This document shows positions 1 through 10,400 of a DNA stretch of 64,000 bases, piece by piece. How positions within the stretch are numbered: the first letter of the stretch is position 1; each line of letters opens with the position of its first letter. Both the position numbers and the translations under genes were made by a program. The stretch covers positions 3,287 to 67,286 of the forward strand of contig CAILVZ010000162.1 in assembly GCA_903837825.1 (NCBI GenBank). The letters run 5' to 3'. The stretch comes from Akkermansiaceae bacterium (GTDB lineage Bacteria > Verrucomicrobiota > Verrucomicrobiia > Verrucomicrobiales > Akkermansiaceae). The notes under the pieces were generated by a model. That model was not told the DNA's origin. It did not search any database and was given only the letters and a program-made list of their open reading frames with translations.

Positions 1-27
1 CCTGCGGAATGACATCTGAATCCCCGC

Positions 28-810
28 TTAGATGAACGGGTTGTTCGCTCGCTCCTCGCCAAGCGTTGTCGCGGGACCGTGGCCGGGCAGCAGGACTGCC
101 GCGTCAGGCAGACAAACCAGCACACGATCCAAGTTCCGCAGTGCTTTTCGGTAATTTTCCGGCGAGCTGCAACCACCGATTGAACCCGCAAACAACGCAT
201 CACCTGTGACGAGAACTGCCTGAGACAATCCATCGATTTGATACCCAAGCGCTGGATTCGCATGACCCGAAAGTTCGCAGGCTCGAATGGTAAGCGATCC
301 GCAAGAAACGGCATCACCCGGATTCATCTGCAAAGCATTTTCAATATGACAACCATGCAAGGCCGAACCTCTTGCAACGATCGATGGAATCCCCCCGATA
401 TGATCACCATGGGCGTGGGTAATGAAAAGATGAGCAGGCTTCGGCGACCCAATGGAATCAAGGCTCGCCGCGCATGAAATCGGCGATTCACCCGTGTCGA
501 ATAAGATCACCGCATCATCCGTACGAATCAGCCACGCATTCACCTGCCCGTCACCAAATGGAAGAGCAAGCCGATTGACTCCGGTTAGGTTGATTGGCAT
601 CGGTGCATATTGAGGAAGGTTTGCGAGGGCATCTGGCTTCAGTTGCAACACCAGCGCGACACGTCGAGCAACGTCTTCCGAAAATTCGCCTTGTTGAAAT
701 GCCTGAAGTTCTTGATCTAACAGACGGGCACGCCTTGCGACTATCGTCGGCGAGAGCCCCTGCCCCCTCATGGCCTTGGCAATCACATCGGTATAATTGT
801 CTTCAAGCAT
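28..810 (-). CDS. MBL-fold metallo-hydrolase (glyoxalase II-like) with N-terminal HTH-like segment
   Basis: THAHGDHIGG metal-binding motif, TGDALF, LPGHGP.TT..ER..NPF C-terminus; helical N-terminal ~65 aa. Confidence 0.85.
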   Translation of the reverse strand: MLEDNYTDVIAKAMRGQGLSPTIVARRARLLDQELQAFQQGEFSEDVARRVALVLQLKPDALANLPQYAPMPINLTGVNRLALPFGDGQVNAWLIRTDDAVILFDTGESPISCAASLDSIGSPKPAHLFITHAHGDHIGGIPSIVARGSALHGCHIENALQMNPGDAVSCGSLTIRACELSGHANPALGYQIDGLSQAVLVTGDALFAGSIGGCSSPENYRKALRNLDRVLVCLPDAAVLLPGHGPATTLGEERANNPFI

Positions 811-947
811 CCGAGATCATGGTCAAATTCAGGCAGTGTTAGAAAGCAGATTCTCCCATCATCCACCTCATCCATTCGCCACGGACATGGGTCGTTTGTG
901 GAAAAACCTTGGTGATTTCATGGAGCGCCCTTCAATGAGGTCATCCT

Positions 948-1799
948 TCATTTGCGGGATTTTCTCGCCTTGGCCCGGACGCCGATCAGCACCACTGCCC
1001 CTGCAAAAAAAAGAAAAACCACAGCAGCCACGCCCAGCACTTTGAAAAGCCTCGAGCTTGCGGAATCCACCTGCGCATGGGTGATCTGGTCGCTCGGGGT
1101 TTCGTTCGGGCTTCGGCTTAAGACCAACTTCCCTCCGGTGATCTCGACCCGTGTCAGCCTCGCCATTGCAGGGCCCAATACGGGGTCCACGAGGTACCGC
1201 TCCATGACTCGGTAAGGTGACATCAAGTCGATAAATTCAGGCGCTACCTTCTTGCCGGGAACTTCAATATCCGTTAGACTTAGGCTTACCTCGTGCTTAA
1301 GCAGCTGAGGCCGCGCAACGAGCGTTCCATTCAGGAAACGCGTATCGGAGGCGATCCAGCCAGGCTCATCCTTGCGGGCGAATCGTGGCCTTCCATTGAT
1401 CGGAAATGAAATCGCGATGCGTAGCAAATCGCCCTGAATTTCGAGGACCTTACACGTATCACGCAACTCCTTGAAGGCGGGGAAGCTCGCGATCACCAGA
1501 TTCAATTCGGCGGGTGAAAGCACAAGTGAGGTGGCAGAATCCCCTAACAGTTGCTGCCGAAATAGCTCCAGCCTTTCCGCAAGGGCATTGAGTTCTGCTT
1601 CCTTGTTTTCAATCGATACCGCCGCGATTGGCGTCGGCTTGGCATCGGTGAATTTCGCAATTTCATTGAATTGGCGAAACAAGGTTAAAACTGAAAAACC
1701 AATCAAAAACACCATCACTGCCAAAGCTGCGATTAGAATAGCGCACCCGGCAAACGGCGAGCGCGCACTGGGTTCTCTTTGTAACGGCGACGAGGTCAT
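948..1799 (-). CDS. Hypothetical membrane protein (N- and C-terminal TM helices flanking a soluble domain)
   Basis: ORF 948..1919 overlaps tatC, so the likelier start is ATG 1799 (MTSSPLQ); hydrophobic segments near both ends. Confidence 0.7.
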   Translation of the reverse strand: MTSSPLQREPSARSPFAGCAILIAALAVMVFLIGFSVLTLFRQFNEIAKFTDAKPTPIAAVSIENKEAELNALAERLELFRQQLLGDSATSLVLSPAELNLVIASFPAFKELRDTCKVLEIQGDLLRIAISFPINGRPRFARKDEPGWIASDTRFLNGTLVARPQLLKHEVSLSLTDIEVPGKKVAPEFIDLMSPYRVMERYLVDPVLGPAMARLTRVEITGGKLVLSRSPNETPSDQITHAQVDSASSRLFKVLGVAAVVFLFFAGAVVLIGVRAKARKSRK

Positions 1800-1833
1800 G
1801 GATTTCAAGTGGAAGCGAGAGTGCGAAAATTTG

Positions 1834-3198
1834 TTAGATTTTATCGTTGGGCTCCATGTCGTCCCCAGGCTCACTAGGGCTTGGATGGGGATGCTCTTCA
1901 GCCATCGGCGGAAGTTCATCTCCGTGGTGAGAATCGTTTAAGTGATGATCTCCCTGCCATCCATCGTCACCCGCCTCATCGGCGTGCGCTTGAGGCGGGT
2001 CTTGTTCATGCCATGCCTCGGCGTGCGACAAGTCCTCGGAATCCACAGGGGGCTCAGATTGCTCATCGTGCTTGAGCAAATATTCCATGCGCTCCTTCGC
2101 CTCGCGCTCCTCTCGTTGATCGGCCTTTTTCTGATCGAAATATGCCAACCAGATGCACACTTCGTAGAGAAAAATCATCGGGAAAGCCATCAAACATAGG
2201 GTGAAGGCATCCGGCGTCGGGGTCAAGATCGCGGCCGCAATGAAAATAGCCACAATCGCATAAGAGCGTGTTCGGGCCATCGTCTCATAGCTTAATAGCC
2301 CCAACTTCACGAGCACCATCACCACCACCGGCAACTCAAACGAAAGCCCGAAGAGCAATGTAAACTGAGTGGCGAACGAAATGTATTCGCCAATTCGCCA
2401 GTCATTCGAAATTCCCATGTCACTACTCCACTCTGCGAAAAATAATAAGGTGCGAGGCAACACCAGCCAGTAGGCAAAGGCCGTACCGATTAGAAACAAG
2501 CCAAATCCCACCGCCATGGCCGGCCAGAGAATCCGTTTCTCATGGCTGTGAAGTCCGGGCAATACGAATTGGAGGATGAAGTACAACAGCAACGGAAATG
2601 AAACCACGATGCCGGCGACAAATGAGAGCTTCATCGACAACATGAACCCCTCGGTCGGCTTGAGAGCTGACATCATTTTCAAGTGCGCTTGAGGATCTGC
2701 GTCGGTATTGGGATGGGTCTTGAGGAGTGCCTTGAGCTGAAGCTTGAGTTCCTCTGACTCGTCGAGCGACTTCGTAAATGCCTCTCGTTTTTCTGCTGGA
2801 AGCATCAAGGCGGCACGCAGCAAGCTGATCGACTGAGCTTGGAACGCCAAGGTGTCGTCCCCTAGCTGATGAAAGAAAGTCTGACGCTGCTCGGGACTCA
2901 AGTTCACCACGGCGCTTTCGATTTTCCGTGCACTTCCCCATGAGTCGACCGTGAACGGCCGCGGAGCATCAGAAGGCAAGGTCTCTTGGAGCTGGGTGAT
3001 CAAGACTTGGTCTACCGGATGCCGGAAAATCTCCATCAACTTCTTGTTGAACACGAAACACAGAATCATCGAAACGAGCAGCGTGATCACCACCCGCGTG
3101 ATCACCACCCGCAAGTCCTCGAGGTGCTCGAGAAAGGGCTTTTCGTGGTCGGATTGCGCTTTATTGCGGAATTGGATGATTTTTTGCAGCAAGAACAT
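1834..3198 (-). CDS. tatC: Twin-arginine translocase subunit TatC, with a large loop insertion and an acidic/His-rich tail
   Basis: EKPFLEHLEDLR, FVLPGL..HEKR, FGLSFELP, AAILTPTPD, LYEVCI motifs; start taken at ATG 3198. Confidence 0.93.
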   Translation of the reverse strand: MFLLQKIIQFRNKAQSDHEKPFLEHLEDLRVVITRVVITLLVSMILCFVFNKKLMEIFRHPVDQVLITQLQETLPSDAPRPFTVDSWGSARKIESAVVNLSPEQRQTFFHQLGDDTLAFQAQSISLLRAALMLPAEKREAFTKSLDESEELKLQLKALLKTHPNTDADPQAHLKMMSALKPTEGFMLSMKLSFVAGIVVSFPLLLYFILQFVLPGLHSHEKRILWPAMAVGFGLFLIGTAFAYWLVLPRTLLFFAEWSSDMGISNDWRIGEYISFATQFTLLFGLSFELPVVVMVLVKLGLLSYETMARTRSYAIVAIFIAAAILTPTPDAFTLCLMAFPMIFLYEVCIWLAYFDQKKADQREEREAKERMEYLLKHDEQSEPPVDSEDLSHAEAWHEQDPPQAHADEAGDDGWQGDHHLNDSHHGDELPPMAEEHPHPSPSEPGDDMEPNDKI

Positions 3199-3356
3199 GC
3201 TTTGGAGGTAAGGAATTGAAGCCCCGGTTCTTGCTGGGTGCAAGGGCAGATGTTCCGTTCTTGCCGAGTGATGGCGCCCTCAACCATCTCGGGCAGGAAA
3301 TTGAACGCTCGTCTTGCCATGCGGATCGTGTGGCCTATGGTCGCTGGGAAGATCGC

Positions 3357-4556
3357 ATGACACCATTTTTGAGAAAAATCCTCGGCCTGAATTGGGTGCT
3401 TGTTCTCGTGATGTACGGGCTTCTGATTTTTGGAGTAATGATGATCGAGAGTGCGGCGCGGCACGTGTCGATCACCAAGGACATTCTCACGCAATTTGGC
3501 AGCGCAGGTGCTTACTTCACCTCCAAGCAAAAGACTTTCATCCTCATCGGGAGCGTCGCTTATTTTGGCGCGGCTTTTGTCGATTATCGCTGGATCCGCT
3601 GGCTCGGGATACCGTTTTACGTGGTAAGCCTCGCACTCATGGTTGTAGCGATGAAACAGGATGATTCGGTCCATCAGCTCAAAGCTGCCGGTTTTTCATT
3701 CCAACCAGCCCAGCTAGGAATCACCGCCGGGATTTTATTGATTGCTTGGCTCGTCCAAGATTTACCGAAGATCCATCGCTTGTTTGCAGCGCCATTCGTG
3801 CGGATCGGCATCATAGGCGTGATTGCGGCAGTCCCATTCCTCATGGTCATGAAAATGGGTGACATGGGTTCGGCCCTCGTATGGATTCCTGTATCCATCG
3901 TCGCACTGCTTATCGGAGGCACGCCATTCAGGCATCTGACCTGCATGGCGTTCCTAGGCGCTGGTATTTTGCCGCTGCTCTATTTTGTGGTACTGCCGCT
4001 CGTTTCCAAGCGTGGCCCCGAGCGGATCGATGTGTGGCTCCGCATGATGAATGGCCGCGAAGTTGACATCAGCGGAGACGCCTATGCACCCCACAACGTC
4101 TCGATGGCCGTGGGCAAGGCCGGGTGGAAGGGAGTCGGATGGAAAGCCACCGCAGAGATGGGATCGCTGCATGATAAAGGATTCATCCCTCGGGACACCG
4201 CGCACAATGACTACATCTTCGCCGTGATCGCGGAAGAACTGGGCTTCCGAGGAAGCTTGCTGCTTCTCACGGCATTCGCCCTACTGCTGATTCAAGGGCT
4301 GTTCATCGCTTTCTATAGCAGGGACGTATTGGGGCGTTTGCTGGTGTGTCTGATCATCGCTTTATTCTTTGCCCATATTTTTGAAAGCATCGGAATGTGT
4401 GTGCTGCTAATGCCGATTACTGGGATCCCTCTTCCATTGATCAGCTACTCCGGCACCTTCGTGGTGATCTGCATGTTTTTACTGGGCTTGGTCCAAAGCG
4501 TCTGGGTCCACCGCCACCACCAAGATGAGGCTCCGCTGAAGCCTGCCGAAACCTGA
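3357..4556 (+). CDS. rodA: SEDS-family peptidoglycan glycosyltransferase (RodA/FtsW)
   Basis: SFQPAQ, GDMGSAL, HNDYIFAVIAEELGF, MPITGIPLPLISYSGT motifs; ~10 TM; start at ATG 3357. Confidence 0.88.
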   Translation: MTPFLRKILGLNWVLVLVMYGLLIFGVMMIESAARHVSITKDILTQFGSAGAYFTSKQKTFILIGSVAYFGAAFVDYRWIRWLGIPFYVVSLALMVVAMKQDDSVHQLKAAGFSFQPAQLGITAGILLIAWLVQDLPKIHRLFAAPFVRIGIIGVIAAVPFLMVMKMGDMGSALVWIPVSIVALLIGGTPFRHLTCMAFLGAGILPLLYFVVLPLVSKRGPERIDVWLRMMNGREVDISGDAYAPHNVSMAVGKAGWKGVGWKATAEMGSLHDKGFIPRDTAHNDYIFAVIAEELGFRGSLLLLTAFALLLIQGLFIAFYSRDVLGRLLVCLIIALFFAHIFESIGMCVLLMPITGIPLPLISYSGTFVVICMFLLGLVQSVWVHRHHQDEAPLKPAET

Positions 4557-4607
4557 CCTCACTGAAGTCCTCGATCACTGCCGTAGGAACGCACACCCTC
4601 ATTGTCA

Positions 4608-5345
4608 ATGCGCCGCACCGAAACTGTTCGCACCCGCTTCCAATCGCTTGAGATCTGGAAGTCCTTCACCGCAACTGAATTTCGGGTCGCTGGGGCAATC
4701 CATGCAAGATTTCATCAAACCCGCTTCCTCACCGGCCTCGCATGGGACCTCATCGCTGCGGCCGCGCTTCTTAGGAAACAAGGCCCACCCCGTTCGGTCC
4801 TCATGCTTGGCCTTGCTGGGGGCACCGCATGCCGTATCCTACGCCACCTCTTGCCGAATTGCCAACTCACTGCCATCGACATTGATTCCGAGATCATCGA
4901 CCTCGCACGCCAGCACATGGCGCTCGACGATCTCGGCATCGAAGTGGTCATCGGCGACGCCTATTCATGGCTAGCGAAAAACCGGCGAAAATTCGACATC
5001 GTATTTGATGACATCTACCTTGCGGGCAAGACCGATGTTTTTCGACCCCAAGCGTGGGACTCAAGTTTACTAGATCATCTCCGCCGCGCAATGGCACCAG
5101 GCGGACTACTCGCGGTAAATCTAGTCACTGGCGCGGGCCACCGCAAGATGCAGTCACTCACACGGCAAATCCTCTGCGAATCATTCCCACAAGTGCGAAG
5201 CCTTACCACCCAAGACGGGATGAATGAAGTTCTCGTCGCTGGTGACTCGGTGGCAACCGGACGCCAGCTCGAATCCTATGCTAGCTCGTTTGCTGACTGG
5301 CGGGACCGGATGTACTGGAACCGGGTCAAGGCCCGAAGAATCTAA
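4608..5345 (+). CDS. SAM-dependent methyltransferase, spermidine-synthase-like
   Basis: VLMLGLAGG motif I, AIDID, GDA, FDIVFDD, PGGLLAVN. Confidence 0.8.
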   Translation: MRRTETVRTRFQSLEIWKSFTATEFRVAGAIHARFHQTRFLTGLAWDLIAAAALLRKQGPPRSVLMLGLAGGTACRILRHLLPNCQLTAIDIDSEIIDLARQHMALDDLGIEVVIGDAYSWLAKNRRKFDIVFDDIYLAGKTDVFRPQAWDSSLLDHLRRAMAPGGLLAVNLVTGAGHRKMQSLTRQILCESFPQVRSLTTQDGMNEVLVAGDSVATGRQLESYASSFADWRDRMYWNRVKARRI

Positions 5346-5387
5346 CGGTGATTCAAAAAATCGATTCGACGATCGTCGATGACCACC

Positions 5388-5963
5388 TCAAGCCAGTGGC
5401 TGGATATCTGGCACCGAGGGACCTTGGGCTTGAGCAAAGCGGGTCTTCGCACGAGCCATAAACGTGCCTAAGCAAAGATCCGCAACAGGCAGCACCACAT
5501 TGAAATTCTTATGCATGTAGCGATGATGCAAAAGGTGATGACCATTGAGACGACGGAACCACCAAGGTTTTTCGACCCTGCGCGCTTTTGGCAAATGCAT
5601 GCACCAATGGATGTATTCGTAAAAGCAATAGTAGAACGTAAAGGCGGCAGCACCACCAATCGCAAAGGACCACTGCCCAGTCATCCAAGAAAGCAAGGCA
5701 AACGGTGTTGCTCCGATTAGAACAAGCACGGGACCATTCCACCATGCCATTGGGATGGTTTCTTTATCCTTCTCATCGATCAGGTGATAGGTCTTATCGG
5801 CTTTAAAGGTACCGTGATGGACCACTGCGTGGGCTTGGAACGCATAGCGGAATTTACCAACTGGTCGGTGCATCACATACTTATGGAGCGTCCACTCGAA
5901 AAATGAGGCAAAGATGATGCCCACGGTGAAGCCTGAAAGGCACCAGAGAATGTAGAAGTTCAT
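5388..5963 (-). CDS. Fatty acid hydroxylase / sterol desaturase family membrane protein
   Basis: His boxes EW.LHK.VMH, HAVVHH, YEYIHWCMH, HHLLHH, KNFNV; start at ATG 5963. Confidence 0.82.
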   Translation of the reverse strand: MNFYILWCLSGFTVGIIFASFFEWTLHKYVMHRPVGKFRYAFQAHAVVHHGTFKADKTYHLIDEKDKETIPMAWWNGPVLVLIGATPFALLSWMTGQWSFAIGGAAAFTFYYCFYEYIHWCMHLPKARRVEKPWWFRRLNGHHLLHHRYMHKNFNVVLPVADLCLGTFMARAKTRFAQAQGPSVPDIQPLA

Positions 5964-6212
5964 GAATGATTTGGCTGACTGTTTCAACCAGCTGCCGTTC
6001 CGGTACACTCGCTCGGGGACATTAGCAAGGGCGATCGCGCATCCAATTTTCGCAAGCGACTCAAACACACCCCATCAATAAGCCAGCATGGATCAAGCAT
6101 TACCCGTGAAATTTAGCATTAAAACCCTACGCATCAGGCATTTCCACTTCGTTCAAATCCGGAGAACCCTTGCGACAAGGCGAAATCGAGTCTAAATCAC
6201 ACTCAGACGACC

Positions 6213-7178
6213 ATGCCATTGATTCAGCAATCATCCTACTGTTCCCCCGTGTGGCTGCCTGGTGGCCACGCTCAGACGATTTTCCCAGCGCTGTTCAGGC
6301 GGGTGGCACGCACCACCTCCAGAGCCGAACGGCTTGAGCTTCCCGATGGTGATTTCCTGGACCTGGAATGGGCCGACCAAGGACGTTCACGATTGGCCAT
6401 CCTCTCGCACGGCCTTGAGGCGAATCTCCAAACTTCTTACATCCAGGGAATGGCTGCTGCGCTTATCCGCCGCGGCTGGGATGTGCTGGCATGGAACTAT
6501 CGCGGCTGCGGCCGCGAGCCAAACCGATTGCTCAAAATGTATCACAGCGGCGCAACCGAAGACCTAGGGTCTGTCATTGCGCACGCAATTTCTAACCATT
6601 CTGCCGATTCCATCGACCTCGTCGGCTTCAGCCTAGGCGGCAACCTCACCTTGAAATACCTTGGCGAAAACCAGCACCAACTCAATCCTAAGCTCAACCG
6701 AGCCGTGGCATTCTCCGTACCTTGCGACCTCGCGTGCTCATCGAAACAACTCGCGCTTCGATCCAACAAAATTTACATGGAGCGTTTCCTTAGAGAAATG
6801 CGGGCGAAAATCCGCACCAAAGCTCGCATGTTCCCAGGACAGCTGGACCTAACCGGATTGGACCAAATCCAGACCTTTGAAGAATTTGACGACCGCTACA
6901 CCGCTCCGATCCATGGGTTCCGTGACGCCGCAGATTACTGGCAAAAAAATAGCTGCCGCCCATTTATTCCCCGCATCACGCTACCTACCCTGCTTGTCAA
7001 CGCAGCGAATGACCCGTTCCTAGGAGATGACTGCTACCCACGCGATGAAGCCGATGAGAGCAGCTCCTTCTATTTAGAAATCCCACGCACAGGTGGACAT
7101 GTCGGATTCATTCCTCAGTGCGGGACATACGAATACGCCAGCGAGGCCCGCGCTGCTGAATTTCTAGCAGAAATATGA
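6213..7178 (+). CDS. YheT-family alpha/beta hydrolase
   Basis: GGHAQT, HGLE, GFSLGGN nucleophile elbow, NDPF, GGHVGF. Confidence 0.88.
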   Translation: MPLIQQSSYCSPVWLPGGHAQTIFPALFRRVARTTSRAERLELPDGDFLDLEWADQGRSRLAILSHGLEANLQTSYIQGMAAALIRRGWDVLAWNYRGCGREPNRLLKMYHSGATEDLGSVIAHAISNHSADSIDLVGFSLGGNLTLKYLGENQHQLNPKLNRAVAFSVPCDLACSSKQLALRSNKIYMERFLREMRAKIRTKARMFPGQLDLTGLDQIQTFEEFDDRYTAPIHGFRDAADYWQKNSCRPFIPRITLPTLLVNAANDPFLGDDCYPRDEADESSSFYLEIPRTGGHVGFIPQCGTYEYASEARAAEFLAEI

Positions 7179-7182
7179 AGGC

Positions 7183-7470
7183 TCACTTCAACTTCAGCAG
7201 ATACTTTGCAGGGTCTTTCTTAAACTTTGGCACGCAATCCTTACAGCAGAATTTGAGCTGCTGGCCCTCGTAAATCAGCTCGATGGGCGTCCCCATTTCT
7301 CCCAGCTTCTCGCCAGAGACCAAACACACATCCAATGGATAAGGTTTATTGGAACTGCTAGTAGAAGTTGCGGGCACTACCGTTTCATGGACAGCACCGG
7401 GCGACTTCGCTGGCTTGCAGGAAGTTTGGAAAATGCATGCAGAGACGAATGAAATAACGATTGGTTTCAT
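7183..7470 (-). CDS. Small secreted/lipoprotein with YHS/TRASH-type metal-binding domain
   Basis: Signal peptide with Cys; CLVSGEKL...YEG..LKFCCKDC..KF.KDP.KY; ATGA overlap with cusA stop. Confidence 0.8.
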   Translation of the reverse strand: MKPIVISFVSACIFQTSCKPAKSPGAVHETVVPATSTSSSNKPYPLDVCLVSGEKLGEMGTPIELIYEGQQLKFCCKDCVPKFKKDPAKYLLKLK

Positions 7471-10400
7471 GTGTTAGTTGGGTTGGATTTTGGCTGAGTG
7501 GATTCTAGAGAAATTGAGTCGGCACATTCCACAGGCGCGCCAAATGAGGCATGCAGTGTTCCATTCTTCAACTCACGGCTTCGTAACCAGAGGAAAATGA
7601 CTGGGGTGACAATCAGAATGTGCAAGAGGCTCGAGATCATACCACCGATCACTGGGGTGGCGAGCGGCTTCATGATTTCAGCGCCTTGACGGTGGCTCCA
7701 CATGATTGGCAGAAGGCTGGCGACAATCGTGGCCACCGTCATCACCTTTGGGCGGAGGCGGAGGCGGGCGCCATCTTTCACCGCTTGGACGAGGTCTTCA
7801 TGAGTGAATGCTGGGCCCTTTTCTAGCAAACGCGCTCTAACGGTTTCTTCAAGATAAACTACCATCACCACCCCCGTTTGTACGGCGGTGCCAAAAAGCG
7901 CGATGTACCCAACCCAAACGGCACCATTAAAATTGTATCCTAGCAGCTTTTGTAGCAACACCCCGCCACTGAGCGCAAACGGCACTGCGAGCATTACGTG
8001 CGCTGCCTCTAACGCACTATGATAGACAAAGAACAGCAGAACGAAAATCACCATCAGAACTAGAGGAAACACCAAAAGCATGGTCTTTGCAAAGTGCCTT
8101 TGATTCTCAAACTCACCTGTCAGTTTGTAGGTCATCGCTTCCATGTCCAACGTCTTGAGCCTTTGTTCCAATTCTTCCACAAATCCTCCGAGATCGCGAT
8201 CTTGCACATTTGCTTGAACGAAGGACCGCAGCAGCCCGTTCTCTGATGCAATCTCATTCGCACCGGTCTCACGGGTGATATCTGCCACCATACTCAGAGG
8301 CACATAGACCCGATCTTTGCGGCCTTCCCCAGTGCCCAAGCCTCCCATCGCCAAACCCGTCTGCACGGGGCCAGCAATGAGGATCCGGCCAAGCTTTTCA
8401 ATGTCATCGCGCTCACCTCGCTCCACTCGGATCTGAATAGGGAACCGCTCTCGGCCTTCGATCGTGGTGCTGACATTTTTCCCGCCGATGGAGACCTCGA
8501 CAGCATCCATCACATCCTTCACGCTCAACCCATAGCGAGCGATGGCCCTCCGGTCGACCTTCACGTTGAGGTAAGGCTTTCCCTGCACACGAGATGCCGA
8601 GACACCTGCTGCTCCATCAATGCTTTTGACAAGCTTCTCAATCTCGAAGGCCTTGCGCTGAATCTTATCGAGATCATCACCATAAATCTTTACGCCGACT
8701 TGCGCACGAATCCCAGTGTATAGCATCAAAATTCGGTTCTCGATGGGCTGAAGAAATGCGGGAACATAGCCAGGGACTAGCTTCATCTTCTCAGTTAGCT
8801 CCGCTTTTAACCCTTCGATTGTCATGCCTTCACGCCAATCTGGGTTACGCTTCATTTTGAATTTCCCATCTGGCACATACTCCGGCTTAAGCATGATGGT
8901 TGTTTCTAACATCTCAGTAGGTGCTGGGTCGGTGGCGGTTTCGAAGCGTCCGAGCTTCCCTGCCACATTCGCCACCTCAGGGGTCTCGGAGATCACCTTA
9001 TCCTGCCACGACATCACTCGCTGGATCTCCTTGAGCCCAGTCTTCGGAATCATCACTGGCATGTAAAGAAGGCTTCCCTCATTGAGTGGTGGCATGAATT
9101 CCTTGCCGAATCCCGTCACGAGTTCTGCCACGCGACTGAATCCTGCATCATGGATTTTTCTAACAAATCCACGTGGCAAGCCGAAGGCCGCCACCAGCGC
9201 GCAGGCAAGAATCACAAATGCCGTTCCAATGACCACCTTCCAATGATTGAGCGCGCGATTGAGGATCGGATCATAGAGCCGAAGTAGCAACTTCATGGCC
9301 ATGTTTCGATCCTCCGAATGAAATGGCCCCCGAACGAGCAAGGAACAAAGCACTGGCACCAGAGTCACCGCGAGCAGCGTTGAGCCGATCATCGCAAATG
9401 TCTTCGTGAAGGCGAGCGGATGAAATAACTTACCCTCTTGCCCAGTGAGCGAGAACACTGGAACGAAGGCGAGGATGATGATCGCCATTGCGAAAAAGAT
9501 CGGCCTGCCCACCTGCTTGCAGGCGATGCGAGTAACTTTTAGTGTCTCCTGAGGCGTGAGGCCCTCGCCTTTTGCTACCTCCGCCTTCTCGCAGTGCCGC
9601 AAAACATTCTCCGTGACCACAATGGCTGCATCCACTAGCACACCGATTGCAATTGCGATCCCCGTAAGTGACATGATGTTGCTGGTAATGCCAAACTCCT
9701 TCATCATCAGGAAGGAGATCAAAATCGAAATCGGAAGCGGCAACGTCACAATGAGAATGCTACGGAAGTGCCACAGAAAAATGATGTGAGCGAGCGTTAC
9801 GAGAATGATCTCCTCGGCGAGCGCGTGCTTCAGCGTGTCAATCGTGTGATCAATCAGTTCGCTGCGATCGTAGAATGACTTGATCGTAATTCCTGGTGGG
9901 AGGCTTGGAGCGATTTGAGCAATTTTCTCCTTCACCCGTTCAATGACAGCCTTGGCATTCTCGCCTGTTCGCATCACCACCGTGCCGCCAACCGCTTCGT
10001 TGCCATTGACATCAAGTGCCCCACGTCGGAAATCTCCTCCAATCTGAATGGTCGCAATGTCCTTCAGATAGATCGGAGTGCCATCCATCGTCTTCACGGC
10101 GACTTGCTCCAAATCTTCAGGACTTGTCACGAGGCCGATCCCTCGCAGAACAAACTCCGCGCCATTTTCCTCCACGACCTTGCCTCCTACATTGAGATTT
10201 GCGTTTTGAACCGCAGTCATCACATCCATCAGTGTAACGTTGACTGCTCGCATCTTATTGGATGAGAGCTCAATCTGATATTGCTTCACAAATCCGCCGA
10301 TGCTGGCGACTTCTGCAACTCCTTGAACACTAGCGAGTTGATACCGGATGTACCAATCTTGAACTGACCTAAGTCTCGCGAGGTCGTAACCACCTTTCTC

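Noticed and set aside
3102-3674. 190-aa minus-strand ORF spanning the tatC/rodA divergence
   Set aside because: Overlaps both real genes and has no recognisable features
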